A DNA stretch of 64,000 bases from assembly GCF_035084215.1 (NCBI RefSeq), contig NC_090335.1, forward strand, positions 52,328,001-52,392,000. The letters run 5' to 3'. The position numbers were made by a program, and so were the translations under genes. The stretch comes from Heptranchias perlo (taxonomy: Eukaryota). The notes below the pieces were generated by a model that worked only from the letters and a program-made list of their open reading frames with translations, had not been told where the DNA came from and searched no databases. Position 1 is the stretch's first letter; every line of letters begins with the position of its first letter. This document shows, piece by piece, positions 13,000-24,780 of this stretch.

Positions 13000-13703
13000 T
13001 TATTCAATTATAAGCTAAAACTTTATTCATTTCTGTATTCTTTTTGTAAAGGATATGTCCTGTACACTTAGTAAGCTAGCAGCTTTTATCCCATGTCTGA
13101 TGCTAAAAGCTGCTAGCTTACTATGTCTGATGCTGTATGTCTCACTATCAATGCCTTTGTATATATGTTGTAAACCGAATATGTTGTATACCCATCAAAG
13201 CAGAAGGGCTGAGTTTGGAGAGAAGAACAAATTGTTTTGGTGACAAGAGAAGACAGGCTAGACAATTCAAAACTATCACACAAGCATACCAACTGGATAA
13301 ATATTGTACATCTGAATGATCGACATCTTCAGTCCAAATGGTATACAGATCATTGTCTCCAGTGCAGACGTTGTTCAGTTTTCATGATATGCTCGTGTAC
13401 CACTGTCAGTATTCATGCCGTCTGTAAAGATAGCCCAAGTAGAAACATCCTGGAGTTACGTTGTGGGATACCAACACAATAAAACATTTCAGGGTAGATT
13501 TTCCAAGGACCTTGCCTGTGCCGAGCTCACCTCAGTCTAATTTTCTGAAACAGGTTCATGACATGCAAGGTACCTCATATGAGCAACAACTTGGAAATCC
13601 CATCCTTAAATGTGTTCATATGAAATTTAGCACAGACATTAACCCCATGTACCTGATAAACATGCGTTTCAGGAATAAACCAACTTTTTTTTTATCTCAA
13701 CAG

Positions 13704-13739
13704 AAACGAAGAGGCAAGGGAGGGAACGACATTTACCAG
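13704..13739 (+). CDS. CD247: CD247 internal exon (exon 7 equivalent): KRRGKGGNDIYQ
   Basis: Acceptor tttatctcaacag and donor gtagga; 36 nt. Resembles mammalian RRRGKGHDGLYQ. Confidence 0.92.
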
Positions 13740-14150
13740 GTAGGAAAGAAATGATTAGAGTTGCTGTACACTGCAAAAGACTTGAATGACATGTAAGCCA
13801 GTTGTAGGTGGCACACACATTCTTATATGATTGGTTGCCTATGAACCCTTACAGGAAACCTATTCCACAGGGATGCAAACCAGAAAACTTTTAATCCCTC
13901 CCTATCTCCCACCTATATTAAGGAAGATTAAAAATACAAAAACAGTAATTTTCCATGATCCCGTGCTCATGGTGGGACGACATGCCCACAAGGATTGCAC
14001 GGTGGAAAATCAGAGCTAGAGTACCTCTGACCTGCATTCTCTGCAAGCATGGATTTTCTGCAAGGTATCAGAGAAAAATGTATTTGGTAAAAAAGTATTT
14101 CCCTTTGGTGCACACAATTACCTAACCATTTCAGTGGAATTATTTTGCAG

Positions 14151-14234
14151 GGACTGAGTAAAGCTACACAAGACACATATGACCAACTGCAAATGCAGCC
14201 ATTATCAGCTGTGCCTCCACCCCCTCGTCGCTGA
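14151..14234 (+). CDS. CD247: CD247 last coding exon: GLSKATQDTYDQLQMQPLSAVPPPPRR*
   Basis: Acceptor tattttgcag. Resembles mammalian [21 protein letters not shown] and completes ITAM3, YQGL-x7-YDQL. Confidence 0.93.
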   Translation, partial: GLSKATQDTYDQLQMQPLSAVPPPPRR

Positions 14235-15324
14235 GATTCTGTGATTGATATTGTAATACCAAGACAACCGACAGTGAAAAACCTTTAGGATTAACTCAAT
14301 TCCACCAGCACAAAAGTTAATGCTAATCTGGAAATGGTTCACAACAGTGTTATTTACTTGCAAAATCCAATGTTTTTTTTAATTTGCATTATCTAAAAAA
14401 AATCATTGTAAAAGAAGCATTCTGTAGAAACTGTGTCAACACCTGCAAGCTCTGTAGATCATATTGTATTGGTTGGTGCTTTTCAGGTAATACGAAAAAA
14501 GTAGGCTGAGCCTACATGAAGATTTTAAAGTTATATTTTTTGTTGCATTTTTGCATAGATCATAATGAAATGCTATGCTATACTGGAGCTGAAAATATTT
14601 CAAATAATGGTAACAAAATATACCCAAATGGAAATATGCATTTAAAAAGATAAATAGCTTCTAACAGTGCAAAATGGAAAGAGACAGTGTCGAAGCAGAA
14701 TCAGGGCTTTCAAACCACTTATGAAAACCAGTTGCAATCCAATCTGAACAGGCATTTTTGGATTATTTGAGGATTAAAACAGCAATTATAGAGATAAGGA
14801 ACCATGTATATACTATTATAAATGCAAAGTAACAAGATCTTTTTAGTTGTAAACATTTTTCTAACTACCAATTGAATTAATTTACTTCAGTGGTATTGTA
14901 TGATTTGCAGTGATATTGTCTGAAAATAGGTTTTTAGAATGTGCTGTGCAAGACAGGATGATGCTGCCATCCAGATTCTAGTCTCGCTTTCCTTGTTGCA
15001 ACAGAAAGTAAACTACTTGGGTGGACGGGCGAAACATAAGCATCAAAAGTCCTATAGACCTTAACATAGCTAAATATAAATAACCACAAACTGGGTCACC
15101 ATTACATGGTGCTAAGCTGCTAAGCAGAACAGGGACTTCAGCATTGTTCCGTTTTTTTTTGTGTGTCAGCATTCATTTGGGACTAAAAGAACTGTGGCAA
15201 TAAATTTCTAGCCAGGATAAAATCTTTGAGTTCATTTTAATTCCCTCCACTGTTCAACATTTAGGCTTTGAATTTGGCTTACAAAGTAATTTTTTTTAAT
15301 GACTAAATTTAGCATCTAATTTTA

Positions 15325-15445
15325 AATAAAAACAATTAGGAATATGCAAAAAAGCAGAAAAAGAATATGAATAAAATCTATTTCAACAAAATCAAGCCTT
15401 TGTAATCACCCAAATGTTTCAGGGTTGTGTGCCTTGGTATTGTAT
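15325..15445 (+). terminator. CD247: Candidate CD247 polyadenylation region
   Basis: AATAAA at 15325-15330 and 15370-15375, followed by GU-rich gggttgtgtgccttggtattgt (~15422-15443). Another AATAAA lies at 15199. Confidence 0.45.
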
Positions 15446-15559
15446 CAGTATTTTCTGCCACTCATGGGATCTCTGGCCAAATTGGTGTTGCCTATGCATT
15501 CAATACTTCCGCTGCATAAATACAGGAAATGCAACGGCTACTTAGCTCATGTGTGAGTC

Positions 15560-15782
15560 ATTTTTTTTTACGCAGCAAGTTGTTATGATCAGGAATTCAC
15601 TGCCTGAAAAGGTGGTGGAAGCAGATTAGAGAGCTACTTTCATCAGCGAATTGTATACTTAAAAAGTAAAACTTTGCTGGGCTATGTGGAAAAAGCAGGG
15701 GAGAGGGACTAATTGGATAGTTCTTTCAAAAAGTTGCCACAGGCATGATGGGCTGCCTTCTGTGCTGTAAGATTCTATGATT
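15560..15782 (+). mobile_element. CR1 3'-end fragment
   Basis: tttttacgcagcaagttgtt...ggaattcactgcctgaaaaggtggtggaagcag...ttctgtgctgtaagattctatgatt. Confidence 0.85.
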
Positions 15783-18700
15783 ATTTTGGTAACATTTTGA
15801 GGATAAAAAAATGAATTCACTAATCCAGCTTCAGTTTCTGCTTTTGGGTGACATTTTTATCGATAGTACGTCAGCAAGTCAGAAGTTGCTGACTCAACTA
15901 CAGCTACTACTAATTACCTTAATGCCCTGTATTAGTCATTTTTTATTTGCATTCTGAAAATAAGTTTCTGGTTGCTTTATAAAGCAGCTTCCTTTGTTTA
16001 TAATAATGAATGCAGCAATCAGACCAAGTCCATCTTAGCACAGCAGTTTGACTACTCTGTAAAAAGATCTTTGTAAAGATATGCATCTATGAACAAACCA
16101 AAGAACTATTCATAATTACATTTAGACAGATCCAGAAAGGTGGTGAGATTAGTTGTTTTTTGTTTCAGAATGAAAGGGTAACCTGAATGTCTGTAAAGGT
16201 GAAATTAAAATAATTTTCAATTTGTTACAATTTGAACAAGCACTCCAGGATGCTATTTGTTAACTTATTTTGAATGCGGGCTTAACTGATTTAGAGAGAT
16301 ATGATTCTATTTCTTGCTTAATTTTCTTTTACTGTTGCTTGAAGACATTTTTAGTCGTTCATTTTACACATTTTTATGTATTTAAGTTTTCTGTAATGCC
16401 TGTAAACTTTTCTGTATTAAAAGTGGTAGTTATCAAGATTGTTTTGAATATTAATAATCCTTTGCTTCCTTAGTCCTAAGAACAGTGTCATTTGGAGAAT
16501 CCATTTTTCAGTGAAGCCCAACAGTTTTTTCCAATTGACATGATTACATCAAAATAGATGAAAGTTTGGGAACTGTTGGGAGTGACAAAAAATATTTTAT
16601 CGCAAATTGACCATGAGAATGCATTATGCTAAGTGTGCATTACAAACTGAGCCATTTACACTGAATAGCACAAACTGTACAATAGGCAGGATTTAAACAA
16701 TATAATCTCGAAGGTGTTGGTGAGGCAGGTTTCTGGCCTGGTTCTAACAATGTCCTGTAAGAATGAGAAGGAAAACAGTCCCATTAGTTGGCATAAATAA
16801 TTCCTCCTTGTATCGCAGCCACAGAAAGCCAACCAGTTAATTTGTTATGACAAGTTGTGGGGCGTATTGAGTGTCCTATAACAGCATAAAATGTAAACAG
16901 GAAACAAAATGAGCACCAAGCCTTTGTAGTGTTATAAACAGTGATACAATAATAAAGAAAAGCCTTATAATAAGAGTGGCACATTCATCTTATTCATCAT
17001 GGGAGTGTGTGGTGACATCAATACTCATTGTGGCCGAGTACTAGTCCAGGTTTTTCAGTTGGTTTGTTAGCTTTATTGCTTGCACAGCGTGAAACAAATA
17101 TTTATCCAGACAAGTTCAGCCACCACAAATTGCTTAAAAAACACACAAAAAATCTTTAAATGGTGGACAAAGGATAAATTACTGGTGATTCCAATAATTT
17201 TCCAATGTGAAATATGCATCACGATAATTAAATAGTGAAATTTAAAAATAATTTACTGCAACGAGTTAAAGATATAACCGTAGAATAGCTATAAGCACAA
17301 TCAATCTTTGGAACACAAGGACCGATTACGTAATCTCAGGAGAATGCAGCCGCCTATTCCTGCTCAGTAACTCTTGAGCGAGGAGAAATGACCTTGAGAT
17401 TGCTGTGCATTCAAACACACTCACCCAACTGGAGGGAAGCTCACCAGATTTGGTGGGGCCAGCTAATTTTAATAATTTACTAATGGTCCCTGTGCAGATT
17501 GAGTCTTGCAGAGGGGCCATAATGAAGGGGTTTGCTGAATATGAAGGGCTGCTGCTCAGACTTAAAGACAAATGGCCTTGTATAGGGAAACCAAAATTTT
17601 GGTGGCTTTTTCCAAGGCTCAAAAACGATCTCAACAGTTTACAGCGTTGCAAATGCTGCCCGGGGCGGGGGGGCGGTGGTGGAAGAGGCAGGAGGAGTGG
17701 TTAAAATCAGCATGTTATAGAGGTGCTGAAACAGGTCTGCGAGTAAATAGAATGGTGCTGCCCCCAACCCTGTGTAATGGCAGACAAAATTTATATTCTG
17801 TGCTTAATGAACTGGCTTCTGTGCTTAAGAAGGCTTGCCGTTTTTCATCCCAGGGCACTTTCCCCACAGATTATCAATGCATTACATCTAGCAGAAGGTG
17901 GCAGCCAGACTAGAATGCTGTCTGAAGCACCTACAGGACTCAAACAGATGCAGAAGATGGCACTTTAAAGAATTTGGCAAGGGAAGACTAATTAATAGTA
18001 GCATGCACCAGGTATACAGCACAGGCCACAAAGTGTAGCTGTCAACCTGTTGTGCATTTACTGCTTGCTCTGCCATGCCTGCAGACAACCGTACAGGTTT
18101 TCAATTGCATCGCATACATACCCATACCTCAGCAGGCCACAAAGTCAAGATGCTATGTACAATTGGTACCCTTGCCACATTCACATCTTCCAAGGGCTTC
18201 TGGTTAGAAATGGCAGCAATCAGTGATCCCATGCACTTTGAATACCATGTGTGCCCAATATCGCCACATTGATGCATTTTTCAGTGTGAATGGAGATCAT
18301 CGTTGACCATGCTGACCAATGCAACAAGTCATCTTGATGCATGCAGTACTTGATATTGCAACGCAAGTTGGGACTGAGCCATAAGTATAACAATTGAGGG
18401 CTGGTGCTGAGAAGGAGTTTGCACATAGCGCTGCTCTGGTAAAAACAGACCAGTTTTGGTGCTATTTCAACTAGAATTTAGAAATAAATACAACAGACTG
18501 GAGATACAAGGTATGTGTTTTTCCTGGATGATTAGCACAAACCATTTAACATTAACCATCAAAAACGCTCAAGTACTCCAATGAGTGTATACTTCAAAAG
18601 AATGGACTGCGCAGAGGTAAGCAGAAAATAACTAAGTTTACCATCAGGATTTTAAGTCAGATTTTTAATGAACCAAGACGCCATTACAAAAATGAATACA

Positions 18701-21700
18701 AAATGATTAGATAAAATGACCACATTACAATACAAAAAAATCTAGCTGCAATGGAATTCTTTCATGGCAGTTATTGAAGACAGTTTTATCTGCAATGACT
18801 CACTATACAATGGAAATGATTTTGAAAAGGAAAGTTAGAAACCAAAGAGTACCTTAATGCAGACAGAAGCAATATTGTTAAATTTGCATTTCTAATACAA
18901 CTGAGCAGTTCTCAATTATCAAGAATACTTATCGCTGTGTATCTGGTTCTACAATAAATTAGAAAAAATAGGATTTAGTTTGAATAGATATTTTTAAATT
19001 AAAGGGGTGGGGAATAAATTAACACCTTAAAGTTCAAATATTTATCCAATGTACAGCAGACCAGACTACTGGCCATTTAATATGGCCCTAAAACCAGACA
19101 GCATCATGTAAAATCAGAGATATGTGCAATTATTTAAGTCAAACTTTTTTAAAAAATCTTAAATTCAAGGAATGCTGTTGTCACACCTTGATTGGAAAGA
19201 ATTGAAAAATTGTGCTCAGTTATGGTTGTCACCTGCTAATTTAGATCAGTTTATTTGTCTGGCTCTTGTGTGGAACGCCCGATACAGGTTGCTAGTTCCA
19301 GTCAAACTTCTACCTACATATTGGCTGATGATTTACCTACTTATGTACATTTCATGAACCAGTTTTCTAAATGAAACATGTTAGGGAGGCAAGATCATTC
19401 TCATCCTCCAGATAATTAGTTCATCGACCAGAGAAAAACACAGATGGGAATTTTAAAAATGAATAAGCTGAAAAAGTAAGTAAAATCTGTAAAAGCTTGG
19501 TTATTGATTCCTAGCTAGAATTTGGCAATGTTTACTTTTGTGGATATAAAATCAACTGATGTAAATCTTTCACCACCTTCAATTTCCTACCTAAATTCAT
19601 CATCCAACTAATTGTCGAGTCAATGGTACTATTTACCATAAACAAGCTAGCTATATTTTTGTTCCTTACCAACAGGGCACTGCATTTTAAATTAAATTCT
19701 GCAATCACAGCTATTTTGTTAGTGATACGATCATCTGTAATAGACTACTAAATTTTAAGTGTTGTCAGTAACTTCCTACTTCTGACACCTTAAAAGATAA
19801 TCAATTGCTTCAAAATTAATGCTGATCCCAAATACTAACGTTGGTTCAATAATTATTCAAAATGTTGAGCCCCCTAAAGAATAAGAAATTCCTGACTAAA
19901 AAATGACAAAAATATTTTTCCAAAGTCATCAGTAGTATACTAAAGGCCCCATAATCATTGAAATTAAATTCAGTGGTTCCAGTTAAATTTATACAAATTT
20001 GTTAAATGATTGAATACAGAATTGAAAAAACACACACAACTGAAAAGATCTGCAAATGTGTAGCCATGTCATTCATGAACGAAATATTGAGGAAAAACTA
20101 ACACTACACGGGGCAGAATATTTAGTACCAGAAATAAGCAAAAACACCAAATGAAATCAAATAACTAAATTTGTCAAAGTGTAAAATTTAATATCCTGAC
20201 AGTTTAGTTCTTACAGTTTCCCAAAGGTTAATCTTTGCACTTCTAATTGAGTTCATCATGAGCCAGAAATGATACTGTACATTGTAAGTTCATATGGTTA
20301 TACCAGTACACAGCAATATACAAATCAATGCTTAACAATAATGCCTTACTGTTGCAATGTGTCAGTATACAATTACAATGAAGTGTGCATTCACACCAGT
20401 TTATTGTTGGAAATACTTTACACACAACATAATGTCGCATTCCTGCTACTAACCTCAAAGGCTAGAGCCATTTTAAACTTTCCATTACCATTCTTTAAAA
20501 AGATCATGCCATTTATTGTATAAAAAAAATTCACAGTAAAATGTTGCACAGCTGAAAACGAGTTAAACTGGAACTGCTGCATTAGTAATACAAGACATAC
20601 CATCCTGTGATGTAACAATTCTGAATCCTAGTGAGGGTCACGTTTTTAAAAAAATCTGTATGGACCTTGATGACTACAACTTGTTGGTATAAATGGGGTA
20701 AAATTGTTACTTAAACTTTTTTCCTCATTTTGCTTCTTTCATTTTCACACCATTAGTTTTTTTTAAATCTGCTCCTACCAAACTTTTCTCCTAGTCACTT
20801 TAAATGAAGTGGACAATTGACCATTAATTCAAAATATTTAATAGTCATGATAGCTAATATATAGATTAATTTAGATTAGGCAATACTGCTATCCTTACAG
20901 CTATACCTTGGTGAACAAATGTATATTTAGAAGGTTGCTATTAGCCAACTGACATTGATGTTCATTTATAGGCACTGTAGTACAAATCAATGGCAAAGGT
21001 AATAATTTTTTTCAAATTTACATACACTAGGTTTACGAATGGAGAATTTTAACTTTTATTACCTAATTGTATCTTGGAAATACCTTTTCTTAGAAACTGG
21101 TTAAACTTTCAAGTTGCTAGTGTTTTACACTAAACCTTTTAAACACATTGTGTTAGTTCTGCAAACTACTAATTAGTGGTCCATTTTAACATTGTCAACA
21201 TTGTTCAGTTGGGTTTATTTTCAAATCACTGGTAACAGACAAACTTTTCTTGAGAACTGTGCAATTATTTCCTCTCATTTAATAAATGCTGCTTTTCTTC
21301 AAGATCAGTTTAACAAAAACACTGAAGACCTCTTTCAACTGGGTGGGAAAATATTTAGATCAATGGTTTGAGGCAATCATTGAAAATAGCCAAGTAATAA
21401 ATCAAACTATTCAGAGGACAAGCATTTTGAGATCATGCTGACAGACACTCAATGGGACAGACTGCTCCAGTTTGTAGTTAATGAGAAGACAAGGGAGATC
21501 CTGATCATCAGAGCACAACAGTAAAACATTTTCTAGGCAATCAGAATGGTTGCCTCAACACAGGATCAAATTAAATAGTAAGATATTTATCCAATTATAT
21601 GGTGAAATTGGAAGAATTAATAAAGGCCCATCTGTCAAGCAACTCTTTTGAATCAAACTTAAAATCTTCAGCAGCCACTTTGTATGACTTTCTCTCATAA

Positions 21701-24544
21701 CATTAAAGAAGGAACCAGATTTAGAATTATAAGCTATTACTTAAATGGCTATGTAAAACCTCACTTGCACATCGATTTAGTAAATGGAAGAACTGGATCT
21801 CTTTACAAACCCAAAGTAAAAAATGTATTCTAATAGCAAAGATTTTAGAAAAAATTTAGTTTGACAGGCTAATTCCTCTTGTTTCATGCCTTATAATTCA
21901 ATTTCTGTAATAACCTCTCCAATTCAGTATAATGTTTTATCAAGAACGGCTTGTTTTCCATAAAGAGCACTAAGGGGTCTTCATTAAGCAGCCTGTAAAT
22001 TACAAGCCAAACACAAGGTTGTTTAATGTGGCCAATCCCTTTTAGGTGGTTCTGTCAAATTTTCACACATTTAGGAGGCGAATCCTTAAAAGTTTAGTAC
22101 ATTAGTTTTCATAGAGAGCAATGCTACCACTTAATGAGGAGCAATGCTGTTACAAATTAGTTGCAATCTCACTTGCAGTTCATCAAAGCTAGACATTTTC
22201 AGTCATAGATTAAGATTTCTATCTTTTTGGAAAAGCTTCAGCCATGCATCCAGAAGAACATCACAGGTAGTTGTCTTTATTACCACGATCTGAAGTAGTT
22301 TTGGACTGATTCAAAAATATACAGACCATATTCAGTGCAATTGTTCTGTAATCATACAGGTTTAACTAGTATTGCTCAATTACCAATTGGTGAATCTGGG
22401 AAACTGGAAAGCAAGAATGTAATAGTCCACAAGGTTGCAATACCCTGCGCACCTTCTCTCTTCCACTAAATATTGATGTTTTCACAAATACTGTTGTTCT
22501 TTAAACCTTCTCTTCAAATTACAGAAAAAAAGGTCATCTTGATGAAAGTGACACATTGTCTGGCAAACAGATTTTTACCGCAATTGTTTATGCAAACTAT
22601 ATTCGTGGCTTGAGTGTCTATTGGATCTTTTTGAAGACAGCATTCTAAAATATCACCAATTTCAACCACCGTTGTTTATTGTTACTATTGAAATTTTCAG
22701 CATATATTTTAGGAGAACTGCATCTTGCCCCAGAACAACAAACCCTTCAGGTTACCATTTTGGATGTTTTCCTTCAACTTTTGAGTTGTTGCCAATTGAA
22801 TTTCAGTTTAGGGCTTTTTGAAACATGGCTGGTTATCCCAGTTCTACCAAGAAGTAATAGCAATTAGTACAAAATGTGCAAGCAGAACAAGCAGCTTATG
22901 CAAAGAAAACAAACAGAGGCATCTTTAAGGAATGGCTGCAGTAAACTTAAAGCTAAGTTGAATCCTCAACACTAAGATGCTGTCACTACACATTAGCTAC
23001 TGTTTTTTACGACATTTGCACTGGTAAAGGTCTGACATTTGTAACCAACTATCAGAAATTTATATTAAAAATTGTCAGCATACATATGAACACACTCAAC
23101 CGTGGTACTGCATTAAGGTGCACTGGATACAGGGACGTCCGCAGGTTACCTGTGCTGCAGTCTTATTGTACAAGAAATACAACCATGCACATGTGGGGAT
23201 AGTTCAATGCAGTTGAAAACCTTACAGTTACACCCGCTGAGTTGTTGCACATCTTCATTCAGATATAATGAGTTAATAAATCATGAAATTTACTCATTGG
23301 CAACAGTATCCCTTTTTTCTTGGTCTTATACAGAATACATGTAAAAGACCACCAAAAATCATATCTACATATCATTTCAGGCCAGCAAAAGCAGTTTTTT
23401 GCTTTAGTTCCCATAATTCCTGTTTTAAACAAGTTGAAATGTGATCAGATGTAACCATCAGGTTCATTCCTTGGGAATGTTTACATTAGTGATGTGGTCA
23501 CGTGAAGTTACTGAATCAGAGAATTACTTGGACTCCTCATTCTGCCACCCATCCACTGAACAGCATGCATGAAAGTTAAAAGTTTTACCACCTTCTTTAA
23601 AGGAGGCTTATTGACAGTCCATGACCAGAGGGTGAGAAGGAAGGAATACCCTGAACCAAAATGAGTAATTTAAGATGCTGGAAAAGGCAAAATATATTGC
23701 CCATTTTCTAGAATTTTATATTTAACACATAACAGTAAACACCGGTAACCACATTTTATATTGGTCTGGTTGGAAATTTTGGGATTCATGCATTCCTAAT
23801 GAAAAAGTTTACACCTAATTGAATTATTTTGTGACTGAGCTGGATATAAATTATTTTTCAAAAATTGGATTTAGTTTTCAAAGACATTATGTAGATATAC
23901 ATTTGTTAAATAAAAAAAGGAATACTGCCTATTGAAAAACTTTTTATAAAAAAAACCTTCCAATAAATAACACATCTAAAGAATATAAGCCTGCGGACGT
24001 CCAAAATTGGATAATATGTACACTTTTAAAACTATGAACAACTAGGCAGTGAAAAACAGTTATGTTCTCACACACAAAGACACACCCAAAACATACAAAA
24101 ATACTATATCTTAAACTACCAAGTAAGACGATTTAATTTTTTATCTCATGCCATGACTTAAGAGCAATACACTGAAACGAACAAGGATTTGACAACAAAA
24201 AAAACCTTTTATCCCAGAAATATACCAAAATATACATCTAAGCTTTGGAATTACTGAGGTTAGACTAATGCCTGCTGGGTAATTGCATTTAATACACAAT
24301 TCTAAGGTTGCAAAGAAGAAACAAATCTTTGGTATCTGCATTAGGCGAATGTTAACATTTGTATTTTGCTTTGGGATAGAGCTTGTATGATCCTACAACC
24401 CCCATTTAGTACTCAAAAAAAATTTCACTGAACACAACATATCCATCCTTCTCCACACAAAAAAGTACTCAGTCTCTATCTAGCACAAGGTTGAGGAATA
24501 CAATGCATAGTTGCACAGTGGTATTATGAAAAGGAGATGAAACC

Positions 24545-24780
24545 TTTGTAAGCAAGCTACATCTTTTTTAGTCTTCATTTTTCTTTCACAAAATTAAACG
24601 GCAGCGTCCAGCCAGTTACAGTCAGTTCTGAAGAGCACCTCAGTGTGTATTAATCCAGATCACCCAGCCCAAAGGGATAAATGCCCCTCAGAAGAGCCAA
24701 TCCTACCACAGGAGTCTCCAGTCTTTTAACCAATCAAATAGCACATGGCGCTCCACTTTCAGCAGTCCCTCTACTGCTTT
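24545..24780. other. Conserved block apparently homologous to mammalian CD3eta exon 9 (antisense to the Oct-1 3'UTR)
   Basis: The + strand reads QPKGINAPQKSQSY...TWRSTFSS, against recalled mouse CD3eta RPKGESTQQSSQSC...PWPPSSSS. It is preceded by a polypyrimidine tract and by NGSVQPV (cf. DSHFQAV) in another frame. Confidence 0.55.

Noticed and set aside
17326-18426. Cluster of 60-113 aa ORFs between the two genes
   Set aside because: No recognisable domains or splice structure; more likely degraded, unclassified repeats.
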